A DNA stretch of 62,811 nt, counting the filler, from Diploschistes diacapsis (lineage: Eukaryota), in NCBI GenBank assembly GCA_023645945.1. It is 20 parts of 20 records of this genome, joined end to end, with 100 filler letters (N's around TTAATTAATTAA, not from the genome) between each part and the next. Parts side by side here need not be neighbours in the genome. Positions count along the whole stretch, not along the records: positions 12,319 to 14,266 come from JALAIB010002488.1; positions 14,367 to 16,310 come from JALAIB010002489.1; positions 16,411 to 40,442 come from JALAIB010000249.1; 17 more parts are not named here. The stretch is one strand, 5' to 3'. Position numbers and translations under genes: made by a program. Below the pieces are notes generated by a model that had not been told where the DNA came from, did not search any database, and saw only the letters and a list, made by a program, of their open reading frames with translations. Below are positions 12,319 through 25,650 of the stretch, piece by piece (the stretch's first letter is position 1; each line of letters begins with the position of its first letter).

Positions 12319-13456
12319 TCTTAAGCTTACGATGTCAGTAAGTTTAAATAATTCAGACAATTTAATCCAGATTGAATTCAATAATAAAGAATTAATTTCC
12401 CTCTTTACTACTACTTCTCATTCTCGATCGAAAATTAAATCATTCACGGCCTCCTTATAATTCCTTAGAATACTGACACGTATCGGTTTTAAATCGACGT
12501 CGATCGTTATTTCCTCTTCGCTGACCATAAACGCCATATCACTTCTTAATATTTTAATTAATTAGAATTATTTAATATCCCGCTGTCGTCCACCGGTACG
12601 GTATTCGTATTATATAACTTTTCAATATTCTGAACGTTCGTGGTCATTAAAGCGTCGTTCGTATTATTTATTGGTTATAAATCCTATACGCTGGATATTA
12701 TTTATATGGCGTTAACGGGTATTATATATATAATTAGAATATTAATGTCGTATACCATACTCGTTATTTACGTAGAAGGTTTCGATAATGCACTCGGCCT
12801 AATAAGTTCAATTTCAGGTTCAGGTTTAGGTTCAGGTTAAATTTAGGTTCAGGTTAAATTTTTTTCTTCAGAATCTCGATTCGTAAGAATCTTTTTATTA
12901 TCAGCCGGTTACTATTATCCGGCTCGGATTGATTATAGGGAGTAGGAATAGAGGGTTTTAGGATATTATGATCTACCGCTAATCTAGATGGTTTTAGTTT
13001 AATAAATTAGAATTTATCTTTATCGTTAGTGCGTCTTTAACGTATATAATGAACCCGTTGTTAACAACTCCGAAATTAAGTACTAGATTACTGGTTGGAC
13101 GTCCCGATAAATTTCGCATAAACATTACGTTATCGCCCTTTTCATAACTTTTGAATAATCTTAATTTTTAATAAATAAACGTGATATTCTTTTAGAACTT
13201 ATTTAAACCTATCTTAATAACCTTTTAAAAATCGGGTACCTAGATTTTATATTATTTATCGGCATTAATATATTCAATCAACATACCCAGCCTTATTTTA
13301 TCTATTGATATATATTATCGTCCAGATAATGACTTCGGATTCAAGTAATTATAACATCTTAATCTCTTAACACGAATATAGTTTATGAACAGTTTTTCGC
13401 TTAATTAATATTCGATAAATGTCGCGATTAAATCGTTCAATTTAGACCCTATTATA
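12319..13456 (-). mobile_element. Degraded Ty1/Copia-like pol internal region
   Basis: Homologous to 43734-44527 and 8215-8470. Minus-strand traces such as IRV..RCYNYLNPKSL resemble the Copia post-integrase region. Confidence 0.55.
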
Positions 13457-14266
13457 ACGTATTTCACGGGGATTTCGGCCACCCCCAAATTCCGGCCACC
13501 TCAAATCATTACCGTTAACATTCTACGGTTTTTTGATACAACCTATTCGTCACAATCAAAACCTAATCGATCTGAATTAAATCTATCTTTCTCCTCTTTA
13601 TCCTCCTCGATTTCAAAAACGCGACATCGTTTTTTACGCGTTGTAAATCGTTTCGAAATTATCCGACTCGATTTAACCCGAGCTGTTATTTTAAGAACTT
13701 CGTCTGTGTTAAACATAAAACGACCTTTTAATTCGATTCGTTTATCTAATTTACGTTTCTTACGATTATTAAAAAGCGTTTTTTACTCTCGGTTTTTTTT
13801 ACGAAGCGTTATGAGCTCAGTATACGTCGATTTAAACATACGAGTTACTCGATTCGAATAACGTCGAATCGGATTAACCAGTTCTAGAACGGCTCGCAAC
13901 GTCTAATTAAATTCTTTATTAGCCTTTCGCAGTTCGGTTGTATTTAATAGAGAACTATATAACAAGAATAAATCCAAATCGAATTAATTCGAGGTTAAAA
14001 AAGTGCTATAAAATAGAAGTAAAGGGGTCCGGTAAATCGAATAAAACTTATTAAACACGATTATAAGATTAATAGGCTATAATCCAGCATTTATAAAGCC
14101 TGCCTAAACGTTTCGATTCGTAATAACTTGATTCCGAATTATTAAAAATAATTCGATTTATTCCGAACGTATTATACGCGATTTATTAAATCGAGTAATA
14201 TGATCCGTCTTTTACGCCAACGCGCTTTTCAACGGCGAAAATACTGCGACATCGAATGGTTAAAGA
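13457..14266 (-). mobile_element. Fot1/pogo transposon 3' part with TIR
   Basis: TIR ACGTATTTCACGGGGATTTCGGCCACCCC after TA. Minus strand reads PFDVAVFSPLKSALA. The TIR is shared with 41800-41849 and 49883-49935. Confidence 0.85.
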
Positions 14267-14366
14267 NNNNNNNNNNNNNNNNNNNNNNNNNNNNNNNNNN
14301 NNNNNNNNNNTTAATTAATTAANNNNNNNNNNNNNNNNNNNNNNNNNNNNNNNNNNNNNNNNNNNN

Positions 14367-15169
14367 TCGTTAATTAATAGTTTTAATTCGGATGGATTTA
14401 TTTGTGATTCTAGAGCGATTAGATTTAAAGGTTCTCGTAAACGAAATCTATAAAGGATTTTAAAAAGGCTTAATCGAGTAATATTAAGATTCGTAGAATT
14501 ATTAATAATAAATTAAATACGCGTAAATTTAAAAATCCAATTACGTTCGTCCTAAAGTTAATTAATATAATATTTTAATATAATATTTATTATCTAATTA
14601 ATGCGTTCGGACATGCTATCTATTTAAAAATGATAGGCAGTAAAGGCGAATCTTATGATATCTAATTTGTTAAAAATTGCTTTCTATAAATCAAACATAA
14701 ACTTAAGATCTCGATCCGATATAACGACACGCGGTAAACCCTAATTAATTAATCTTAGCCTATTGATTAATACTGCTGCCCAGGCGCTTGCGGATCAACT
14801 CTTCTTGCCCAATATTAATGATATCGTTTTGATAAACTTGTCGATAACCGATATAATAGTGTCGTAATTAGCTGCAGTCTTCGGCAGGGCCAGGATGAAG
14901 TCCATAATAAGCGTATGGAATGGTCTGGCAGACGACGGGATAGGTTGTAAGTATCTATAAGGCCTATACCTAGACGTCCTGTTCGTCTGGTAGTAAGGAT
15001 AGAATCGAATGTACTCACGAAACTTCTTCGCTAGATCCTAGATATAAAATTACTTTATTAATCTTTTATGCGAGCGCGCGTAATTTAGGTACTTATTTAT
15101 ATTATAAACTTATATAAAGAATCTTTGTTCTAATATCGTAAATATATAAAATCTATACCCGGCTTCTAG
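14367..15169 (-). mobile_element. Gypsy integrase (rve) remnant
   Basis: Minus strand reads SASAWAAVLINRL..GLPRVVISDRDLKF and SERIN (GQSERTNQ). Confidence 0.8.
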
Positions 15170-16310
15170 TATAAACACAAGACGCGTTGTCTAGGGAGAC
15201 TTCCCTTGCTGTATTAGGTAGGTAGTCGTAGGTAATGTAGTAAATAAATGTAATATGATTTCGTAGTTAATAGCATACCTAGGTAAGACATTTGTGAGAT
15301 GTAGGATGCATTGATTATTTAGAGCTACCTAATAGGCTTCCTTAAATAGAGCTACCCTATAAGGATTACCTCTATCAAGTCTGCGGCCTATTTTTATATT
15401 TATATACGACCTTTTTTTCGATAATTCGCTGCCCTATAACGAACTCTATATAGGTCTTATTAGCAAAAAATTTTCATTCTGTTATCTATATCTCAATATA
15501 ATCCTGTACCTTCCAAACAACCGAAATACCTAAAAACTTATTATCCTTAATATTCCCTCCTCGACGTAACTGTATTTCTAAACGTAATAATGTTTTTAAA
15601 CTTATTCCCCTGCATTTCATTCTTTCGAATCACGATAGGACAAAAAGACGATAATTATCCAAAAATATCCCTAACTTCCACCGTATTTCTACTATTCGTA
15701 AATATTCTTTTAAAAACATTCTTATCTTTTATAATATTTATACCATCCGTTAATGTTTCTTCAGACAGATATAACCAGTAGCACGTCCGTTCTTCTCATC
15801 TTTTTCCCTTTTTTTCTCCCGTCTCGTCACCACCAGTAAGGAGTTAACTGCAGATAAACAAATAGAAGAACAGATAAGGAAATTTATCACAAAATTAAAT
15901 AAACAATAAAGCATAAGGCAAGTAAATTAATATATAGAAAAGTAAACACGTAAATAAGAAAGCATTTAGCAGTCAGACATGAAAGTAAACTTATTAAAAA
16001 ATTAATAAACAAACGAACAACTATATAAATAAATAAACTTTATTTTATCATAATTATAGGCTTTTAGGGTTTTTTAATACCTATTTTCTTTATTATATTA
16101 CCTACTTATCTCCGCTTCTTTTCTCTTTTTTTCCCTTAAATTCCATTTTCTCTAAACTGAGGTCCAAATCATCCTCTTCTTCCTCATCCTTCTCCTCTTC
16201 TTCCCCCTTTTTTTCCTCGTCCGGAGGAGACGTAAACCTTCTTATTTCTTAATAATTTATCCCTTCTTTTATTAGTGTCTCAAAGAAGTTCTTTTTAATA
16301 GGATTATATA
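15170..16310 (+). mobile_element. Family F repeat
   Basis: Colinear with the reverse complement of ~4565-5683 over more than 1 kb. Confidence 0.7.
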
Positions 16311-16410
16311 NNNNNNNNNNNNNNNNNNNNNNNNNNNNNNNNNNNNNNNNNNNNTTAATTAATTAANNNNNNNNNNNNNNNNNNNNNNNNNNNNNNNNNN
16401 NNNNNNNNNN

Positions 16411-16645
16411 AAAGTAAAATCGTGTTTATATATAATTAACTCGCTCGCCGTTTATTATAAACTTAACGAGCGATACCTTCGAGACTCGTCCACGAAAATA
16501 AACGCGATCGTCGAGCGATAACGAAAGCTTACTCGCCGTTCACGAGAATGAACGCGAGCAGTGAGCGTATCACGTGACCCCTGGTCCCGTGACTGACCTA
16601 TATACACAGCTGGGACGTGCCAAGTCTGGTACTTGGATCGTAACA
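16411..16645 (+). mobile_element. Solo LTR-like repeat, family E, at the end of the 24-kb contig
   Basis: Matches 4150-4390 and ends GGATCGTAACA. Confidence 0.7.
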
Positions 16646-17761
16646 CCAGCATAATATGGGTATAAAATATATCGGGTTTGATGTAAGATCTAGATTGAGG
16701 CGTGTTGTTTTCGAAGTAGAACGGTGAGAAGTTGCAGGGCTTTTTCCATTGCATTTCATCGTTTCTTTACGAATATGTTTTTTTTTGTGTCTCGTGTCCT
16801 CGTCCTTGGGCCGCCTTAGCTGGGGGCGTGTGTGCATGAAACATACCATCTTGCCCGGTATTGGAGGCGCCCTCGAAAAATTGAGGCAATAGGAGGGAGA
16901 AAGAGAGAATCAAAATGGGGGATTTTGACGGCTCGCCACACTGAACCCAATGCAGCCCACACCAACCATGTTCTTCGGAGGTCTGGACTTTTTCTGAATA
17001 GTTGTAGATGGATACACGTGGGAGAGGATTGGGGTCTTCAGCCCTCAGACGGGGCTTGTTTTTCCTAGTTGGCCGAGAGGGCTTTCGCGATAGAATTTTG
17101 TGACCCATCGAAAACAGAACAGGGGCCTCGAAAAACGGCCTACGATTTTTGATTTTGCGGCACCAGCCATAATACAAGAGTTTCTCTGCAAGCGTCTGAG
17201 GCGATTCTCCCGTAGCGAAAAGTAGGGGAAAACATTAATGGCTTTGCTCTTATCAAACAGATGTGGGTAAGTGACAAACTTGAACTGACCTGTACGAAGC
17301 GCAAGGAAGACGACAACACCTTGTTTTTCAGTGAGTGGGGCCGCGACTGCTGTTATGGAGCCTTTGGCCTTCAAAACCAACTCGAATCAAGAGATGATGC
17401 TGGATTAGGGGGCCTTTGCCCTCTGCCTCTATCTACCCAATCCAACTGTCTGCATCACCAATAGATCTTTGCGTGCGCTCTAACATGCACGCTAAACCAG
17501 ACTCCCCCATCGGTTCCCATAGTAGCAGTCAGCCTTCTACCTTTGGTCAAAAACAGCCACCCATATGCCGAGTCATTTCAAAAGATTTCCGCCCAATGCA
17601 CGCTGAAAAGCAGTTCGCCAACGGCGCTCATGCAGATGCCAAATCATCCGCTCCTTTCGAACGCCAGCCCATACATTTTCATTCCCGCAGATTCCCAAGT
17701 GCCACGCATGCAAACAGATTCCATGATCGGGTACTCCTGCTCTTCGTTCGACTCACCGCCC

Positions 17762-19243
17762 CTACAGAGCAGCGAACAGGAGACCGGCACCGGCCACGGC
17801 GGCCGCAGCCATGTTCGGCGCCGCCGTCGGCATAACCCCGGAGCTGCTGCTCGCACTGCCACCCCCCTGTACTGCATTCGTGCCGCCCCCGACCGTCGCC
17901 GACGCCGGCGCCGCCGACCCCGTCGCATCCGGCACGCCCGCCGTTCCGTTCTGGATCTCCATGACGTTCGAGCCCGTGGCGAAGCGATGGGTCTGCGCGA
18001 GTGAGATCTGGTTGTTGTCCATGTCGTAGACGACGTACGCGTTGCGAATGAATGAATCTCCGAGCGTGAACGACGAGCCCGACGAGCCGCTCTGGGAGGA
18101 CTGCGGCACGATGCCGAACGTGCAGTCGAAGTCCTGACTGATACCTCCTTGAAGCACCATGTCTGACATATCAACGGAGATGGTCTTCGCGCCTTTAGCG
18201 AAGGAAAAGGTCAGGGCGTCGCTTGAGTTTGCGAGCGAACACGGACAGAAGGCGACTTGGTCCTGGGCGTCGTACTTGGCGCCGACGGCGGGGAAGATTA
18301 TGTTGGTAGCGGCTGTGGGGAGATAGGAAAGCGTGGACCCGGAGTCCAGCAGGACGGGGATGGAGGAGGAGAGGGCCGTTTTGTTCTGACCGGAGGTTGA
18401 AATGGAGACACCATCCAGGGTGACGATCATCTCGACGTCTGCGCCGCCTTCCTGCACGATGTCGAGGGTCACGAGCGAGCCGGTGTATTTGGCGGTGTCG
18501 ACGCCGCCGAATAGGATGCTGCCTGTGGCGCTGTCGACTTGGTCAAGCCAGAGAGAGTAGGCTTGGCTCTTGATGAGCCCTTGTTGCACCATGGCCTGTG
18601 GGATGTTGGCGTATGGAGCGGGGCCGTTGAAACCGCCCGAGCCCTGGCTGTCTTGCACATAGGCCTCGAGCGCGGGGTATCCAATGCCCATTACGCCTTC
18701 TGACGAGGTAGATTTGTATCCAACACCAAATTGCTGACTCTTGATGGTGGCGCCCCCAATGGTCAGGGTGTCTGTCACATAGTCGCCGCTCGCTCCTGTA
18801 CCGTCGGCATATTTTATGGAGAAGTCGCTGTTCACATAGTTGTAGGTGGAGGACTTGTTTGCGTCGTACGTCCCGGATACGGAGCAGGGAATGTCGCCAT
18901 TGGCCTGAGTTTGGCCACTTTGCGTCTGCTGGCAGATCTGCGAGCCGGCTGTGTTGGCCCAAAGATCACTGCTGCCGGTGTCGATGTGAAATCGGAAGTT
19001 TTGTGCGGGAGTACCGATGGTGGAGTTTGCAAAGTACAGCGACCCGTCTTCGAAGTTGTCGAGCGTCTGGCCGACTGTCGCTGAGCGTTTTCGTAACGCG
19101 CTGCTCACGACGATTTTGGAGGTATCTCGTCGATGTATCGGTATGCCGACCACGCGCGGACTGTCGCGCTTTGTGATTGAGAGGGCTTCGGTGGATGTTG
19201 TCAACAGGCTTGCGGCTAGGGCCACTACGGCTGCGGCTTTCAT
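17762..19243 (-). CDS. Secreted A1 aspartic protease, yapsin/OpsB-like, probably GPI-anchored, 493 aa, intronless
   Basis: Signal peptide, KR propeptide sites, catalytic DTGSS and DSGST, flap IKYADG and LGDSFIRNAYVVYD. Ser/Gly/Ala-rich tail followed by a hydrophobic C-terminus. Confidence 0.95.
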   Translation of the reverse strand: MKAAAVVALAASLLTTSTEALSITKRDSPRVVGIPIHRRDTSKIVVSSALRKRSATVGQTLDNFEDGSLYFANSTIGTPAQNFRFHIDTGSSDLWANTAGSQICQQTQSGQTQANGDIPCSVSGTYDANKSSTYNYVNSDFSIKYADGTGASGDYVTDTLTIGGATIKSQQFGVGYKSTSSEGVMGIGYPALEAYVQDSQGSGGFNGPAPYANIPQAMVQQGLIKSQAYSLWLDQVDSATGSILFGGVDTAKYTGSLVTLDIVQEGGADVEMIVTLDGVSISTSGQNKTALSSSIPVLLDSGSTLSYLPTAATNIIFPAVGAKYDAQDQVAFCPCSLANSSDALTFSFAKGAKTISVDMSDMVLQGGISQDFDCTFGIVPQSSQSGSSGSSFTLGDSFIRNAYVVYDMDNNQISLAQTHRFATGSNVMEIQNGTAGVPDATGSAAPASATVGGGTNAVQGGGSASSSSGVMPTAAPNMAAAAVAGAGLLFAAL

Positions 19244-20649
19244 GGTGGCACAGGTGTTGTTCGGTGGCGGGTTGGGGTTGGCTGAAGTCGGATCAGGCGG
19301 GACGATAAGTAGCTGGTAAAGGTGTGTGGTAGGAAGGAAAAGCGTGAGAAATAAGTGTAAATAAATTGAGGAAGAAGCAATAGAGTATCTCGACCGTCAG
19401 CAATATACTTTCTGTAAAGACTAAGCAAGCTAAACAAAGATACAATGAAAGAATATTGATCCAACGAAGGAGGGTTTCTAGGTGAATAGGCTTAATAGGG
19501 GGAGAAGGACTACGCAGGAGGCGAGAAGAAGTGATGAGAAACAGAATAATGTACAAGTAGTTGAATGGTGTAAATTGGATAGAGCAAGTGCGATGAATGG
19601 TGACGATGAGGCAAGTATCGGTCAGGGGGGCAAGCAAGAAGCTTACGACGACTTGTGCGTAACAGACGCTACAAATGTAAATGTGTACAGCCACAGAATA
19701 ATAGAGAAACTTTCATGCAACTTTTGACTAGCATGAACTGTCTGACGGAAAAAACCGTTGGTTGACGGTCAATGGCTGTTCTTGTTAATGCTCGCCGAGT
19801 TGTTCTCGTGTACTATCCACTCGGTTACCCATAAGGTGTCACTGATTCACTGGTCATCACACAGCATCATGCCTTTGGAAACTAACAAGACAGCGCTTCA
19901 CCATGTTCCAGCCTAGAGATTCGATCTGTTGTTTCTATCTCGCCTGCAAATAATGGAATGCCAGATTATTGCCTGTCGCACATGAACGCAGCAGAGCCCC
20001 CCGGTTCAGGAGCTCCACTCAACAACGGGTACAACGTGCTATGGACGAGCATTCTTTCAAAGAAACGGATAACGTGAGTATGGGTACGCGCTGCACTTAC
20101 GCGCACAGAATTATGTAATCACTAGGTAGGTGGGTGAGTACAATACGTACGCACATACGTGTATCTAAGTCAGCGAAGTAGGAACGATATGCCCCGGGAA
20201 CCCCGACTTTTCGCCTCGTAAAAAACTACCTGTAGTAATTTTTTCTCCCTTTTCCAGTAAACCCAGGTCCCATTACATTCCCGCTTTTGAAACGCTAAGG
20301 CTGAAGAAGGTTTCTGCTTGGGGCTGCAAGAGCTGCTGGAGCACTTCCGAAGTCCCTGCAGGATTAGCCAGGAACGCACGCGAGATCTTTTTCCTGAGCG
20401 TTAGCGTACGAGGTTTGCATTCGTGATGTTCTGAGTGGGTTTAAGGACCTTGCCCTGGGTATGTGTGACAACTACGTTCGGACTTCGTCATCGTTATCGT
20501 ACATCGTATTACCGCCGTATACCGTAGAATGGTCAGATTCCGGATTCGGTCATAAGCCACAATCATAAGCCATAGCCACACGAATGAGCCGCAATTACCA
20601 GCCACTCGAGATAATAACAGGCCCCAAACCCTTAAAGTTCTGCAAATAT

Positions 20650-23600
20650 TCTCATCGCTCCTTAACTTCAGCCGGAATATAGCCCGGTTTAGCATTTCCG
20701 CTGCCTCCCCGAATACCTCCCACTCTTCCCCCGTCAAAACGTCTTGGCGGGTTGCGAAGAGCTTTGCCCATGGTGTCGGTACCAACGTAAATTGAAGAAG
20801 GCTCATGGCTACCCACTCCATTGGCATGAAGTCCCAAGTCAAGAGTAAGACAACCCATATAAATGGCGCGGTTGCCTGCTTCCATCCTCCCTGTAGGCCC
20901 GGAGGGAAAGTGGCAACGAAGCTGTCCAGTCATTTCGGGTCTTCGTGGGCTTAGGGAATGTGACATAAGGACGTTAAGCGTGGGCTGCATAATCGGGATA
21001 TCACAACGTGATGAGTGGCAAGTTTCTCTTCGAAGACCCACGTGACATCATTCTTCAGCGCCCACGCCCTTTCTCGCACGCTCACGGGCAACGGGCCCCC
21101 CCTCTCCTTAGAAATACATCCGCAATTTCTAGGCAAAGCATGTATGTATTGGGGGATGACCCTGGATGTTTGTACCCAAATGTACTTCACCATTGATGCA
21201 AAGCCATATTTGCCGCATCTCGTGGTGGGCAGCGCTGGACTGCTTGTTTCAGCTGTTCCAGGTTGTGACGATGGGATCATTCGAGCAGCTGAGTGACGGC
21301 GTCGTGCAACTCGTTAGCAAAATTTGAGTAGTCTGGGCTGATCTGTTTCCTCAAGGTGGGGGTACGAGAGCAGCATGAAACGAAGAGGAAGCACGGTAGG
21401 CAGTGTCCCGGGATATCGTGAGGGTCGCTGCTGCCACGCGTTGTTACTACTGTAGGACTGAATCAGGAAGATGAACTTGGCGATTAATGGTTTGATGGTC
21501 GTCTTCCAATTTATGGCCACGCTCTTGTGATTGAGTTTCTGAGATCTCGGATAAATGTGGGATCTTGTAAGGGTGCAGAAAGGGTGTCCATATTTCTAGT
21601 GTAGGATCGTCGGCCTCAAGGATCACGCGTGCTTGCTGCAAGACATATTCTTGCACGGCTCCTAGTGAGATCCCCCCTTCTAGTTGCACCGGACCCCATT
21701 TGCGGTACAATGTTCGCGAAAACCACAAATCCCGCCATTGAAGCAGAGCCTTATTGTAAGAGAAGGTCCGCAGCCAGTGCTGAGTTGCTCTCGATTGACC
21801 GAGCTTTGGATACTTCAGTAATTTGTCAATGGCCAATGGTATTGCTAGTGGTTATTTCAGCAGGAACAACAGGTATTGTTGGTGAAGCTCCATGTGCTTT
21901 ACTGGTGACACCTCCCATATATCGGCTTATCATATCTGTCAGTATCATCCATTTATTGGGCGGAATGGGATACTCGGTAATGTCCAGACCGATATCATAT
22001 TCTTTCTACGAAGAGCTCGATTCAATTCCTGTTATTCTTGATAGGCAAGTCGAGAGTAGGGAGAAAAACTCTGCACACGATTGTCTCGCACGTTGGATCA
22101 GGTAGTGGTCATAGGCAGGCCATCCGAAGCAATTCATGGATAGGCCTATCTGTGTCGACTTCAGGGAGCTCTCTGCCCGCATAAGAAGTGGTCCACATAT
22201 CTTCATTCGGGCCACCCCGCTCGTTCAGTCTTCCAACTACAGGCACCAGAGCTAAGAAAAATGAACCGACTTCGTGAAACATATTATCGCACATCTCAAT
22301 GTAGGTGGTACTCGTGAGAAGTCTAGCAGTGTCTACTGCTGCGACACGCACGTCGATATGCGAGATCGTCAAAATAATTGCTTTACGATAGAAACTGCGG
22401 TGGCTGCTGGAAATATATCTCCATTAACTAGGAGTTGGGTGAGCAGCTTGACGGTAGTTACCTTCGTAAAGGGCGTCTTGGTAGTAACATCTTCGGGCTT
22501 TAAAGAAGCCGCTGGTAACGGAGGGCTGTCTCTATGACATAGACGGCGAATTTCTGCACTGGAGGGAATCCATAAGCGACAACTTGCTCATGCCACGAGC
22601 TGGACTCAGGACGGCCAAGTGTTGCCGCGCTAACGAGAGAGGGAACCATCTCAGACAGGGCGCTTCGTCAGATGACTCCTTTGGCATCGAATAGAGCGCT
22701 TGGTATGCTTTCCAAGCAATGGACAGTAGTGCACTTGAGGGGACGCATGAAAGCAACTGCTGCAGAGCGAACAACGCCAAGGAGTATTGGTGTTCCCGTC
22801 CAAGAAATCACCACCGAGAAACAGAGGGGGGTATTGCATTGATGAGCTGTTGTCCGGAAATGCTTTTGAAAATAGCCAAGCTGGACGCTTTGTATTGATA
22901 TCGAGGAACAGTAAAGCGGATGCAATGACTCCCTCAAGATTTTTTCCCTTCCGAAGCAATGAACGAGGAATCCTTCGCATCTGCCAAATTTCCGAACAAG
23001 TCAGAGAGGGTACAGTGACTGAAGAGTCCTTGAAGTACCTAGCAACAACATACATGATGCCAGAGTTTGCACTCACGCGCCAGTCAATTGCCTTGACAGC
23101 TATGTGTGTATCTCGGACTTGTTTGAGTTTATGCTCGCTAGGATTCCATCCGTTATCCTTGTGGCTGAAGAATGCATTATCTGGAATTAGCACATGACGA
23201 CAGTTTAACTGACGGGCAAGATCAGGTGGAGCGTAATTGCCACTCAAGAAGGTGCCGCCAAGAGCAGCACAAAATATAGGTTGCTATCTCTGAACAGCTT
23301 CATCTTGGGATAGACGTCCAACGGAGAATTCCGAGAGCGCGTGGTTCCAACAGGTCGAAGCACGCTCTTCTTGCACTTCGCTTGATGGAGCGAGGTTGGC
23401 GAACAACTGGAGCGCGTAGCTGAAGCTGTCGCCGAAATTATCCATCGCTTGTGTTGACACCTCGTCCGGTAACGCAGATCGTGCAATCTTGCCAGACATT
23501 AGAACCACCCTACGCGCTCTTCCCACGAGAAAAGGCATTGACAAAGACACCCTAGGTGGTTCACGGGCCGGAAGTGGAACAAGCGTCTGCATGGGTAAGC

Positions 23601-25650
23601 TTCGTGGCCATGGCGCTAGAAGAGTTTTTGATGCCATAGCTGGTTGCTGGCCTCAGCAAGGCTATCAAAGAATTGTGCAGCGGCTTGGTTGAGATCATTT
23701 GCGGCAGCCATGAAACTGAAGAGTGGCCTATCAGGCTATTGAACCGAACTTTTCATGATCTGGGGACAAAGCGATCAACTCCGCCTTGATGAGTGTTTCC
23801 AAAGTATCACTGGAAAAAGGTCGAAAAATCTCCTTGTCCAAAAGCTTGGAATATTTTTGAAGGCCCACGGCTCTCTACAGGCGAGCAGAGACCACTTCAC
23901 TAAAGAGTCTCAGGGTAGCAGTCGAATCCCATTTCTGGAAAGAGGGTTCCCGCATAGCAACACAGCAAAATCAAGGAGCTTCAAGAGGGCTTCGTTAGCC
24001 TGACGAATCTTGTGTCCAATAGCAGCGATATCTAGATTTTCATAAAGTGGCTGAATGCCCGATAGAAGTGCGCCCTTTTTTAGTATGGACGGTGGCGGCT
24101 CCGAACAATCCTTGACTGTGAGCGGATCTTTGAGGTATCTACGAGACCATTCAAGTGTCTCTTCTTAAAGCTCCACATTTCCTGAAGCAATGCTATATAT
24201 TTGTGCTCCCTGGGCGTTCCAGCAACGATCTGCTTGATCTTTGTTTCTAACAGCAAATCTTTTTCCTTCTTCAATGAATGTTTTGATCTTCCATGAGCTG
24301 TCGGAGCCTCGGGATAGGCAGATTGTCATCAAGCGAAGATCTGGATTTCTGCCGTCGCGCTGAAAGCTTCGAGCTTGTACCATTGCTTACGGAAACCCGC
24401 GGGTCCTGTCCAAAACATTTTATAAGAGTGAGCAGTAGCTGCAAGGCGTCGTGGCTTTGTAGAGCAAAGCAAACATCTTTTGCCCACATGCGGGAAACAT
24501 GAAGTCACTGAAGGCTTGAGCAGTCTTCGATATCGACCTTGTCACTGCAACCGTAAAGGCTAAGCAAGCTTAGGAGCGCAGAACGGCGAACTTGGGGTAC
24601 GTTAAGAAGACATGCGGTGCAAGGCTGAATTTCAATCGATTTATGACCTTCTATGAGTTTTAAATGTGCTCGTTAGAATCTCGGACATTAGCTCTGGCCT
24701 AATCGCCCAACAGCGAAGGACGTAGGAGCTTAAAGACTGTTTGTGCGAGCCTCAAAATTTGCAGTCATCGATGACTGCTTCGTGCCGTGAACAACAAGCA
24801 ATAGTGGAATCAAGAATTTCCCGGATGGTTTCCCAGCTAGCTCGTCTTCGTTTCAAGCGCCAAAGTAGTTGTATAATGAAGTTGCTTGAGACAGGTGCTG
24901 GGATCCAAGAGCTTCTCATCACTATGAATGAGAGCTTCGAGAATATTCATTCAGAACTCCATCGACATCGACCAGCCTGCTCTCCGCCGAGATGGGGAGG
25001 GAAGAATGTATTGCAGGAACTTGAAAAGGCAATCTATTATCCACAAAGAATTCTTGGACTTCGACTTGATTCGCCCCATCACAAGCTTCTCAAGCGCGCC
25101 GAACGTAACACGCAGTAGCAAATCGTCGTAAAAGCATCGCCTTAAGTTATGAAAATTCGCGATCTTACTCAAGGAATTGTACAATAAAGGAAGGCTCACA
25201 AACAGGGAGAAGTAGCACATGGATATTCGAAAGCTGTCGGTGATCTTGGCTCTCGTATGAGGACTCTGGAAAGCATTGCGGCAAAAGAGCCTTAAACAAG
25301 GCCATGAGCTGCTCTTGCCTCTCATTGTTGATGTTTGCAGAATTTGCGCTCTTCCGAAGTGCTTTGACGAGGTACTTGACATCCTCGATAGAAAGTGTGT
25401 TCCAAAAGTGCCAAGAAACTTTCGATGCCTCCAAAAGCGTCCCGGGCCTTGCGCTAGGCTCGGCTCTTTAATGACTTACCTATCCTGCAGACGGGATATC
25501 TTCACACAATCCTGGACTACAAACGGTATGCTGTGATGAGTGTTTTAGGGTCCTTAGCTATGCTGAGCCAAACACTAAAGACGGAAGGGGAATGCCATCA
25601 CATTCGACCGTTCGCACAAGGAATGATATATGGGCGGAGAAGTTTGCCAT
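20650..25650 (-). pseudogene. Decayed gene for a large (~1500+ aa) uncharacterised, probably helical fungal protein
   Basis: A chain of protein-like minus-strand ORF pieces (25165-25434, 24951-25382, 24271-24489, 24080-24274, 23284-23637, 22651-23247, 22532-22780, 22109-22372, 21447-21836, 21314-21520) separated by stops and frame changes without clear introns. Segments such as KVTTVKLLTQLL, SHIDVRVAAV, GRLNER..LPEV and WQQRPSRYPGTLP resemble a hypothetical fungal family from memory, unverified. Ends are approximate. Confidence 0.7.

Noticed and set aside
16646..17760. Several 70-140 aa ORFs between the solo LTR and the protease
   Set aside because: No recognisable motifs, codon bias or coherent splice model.
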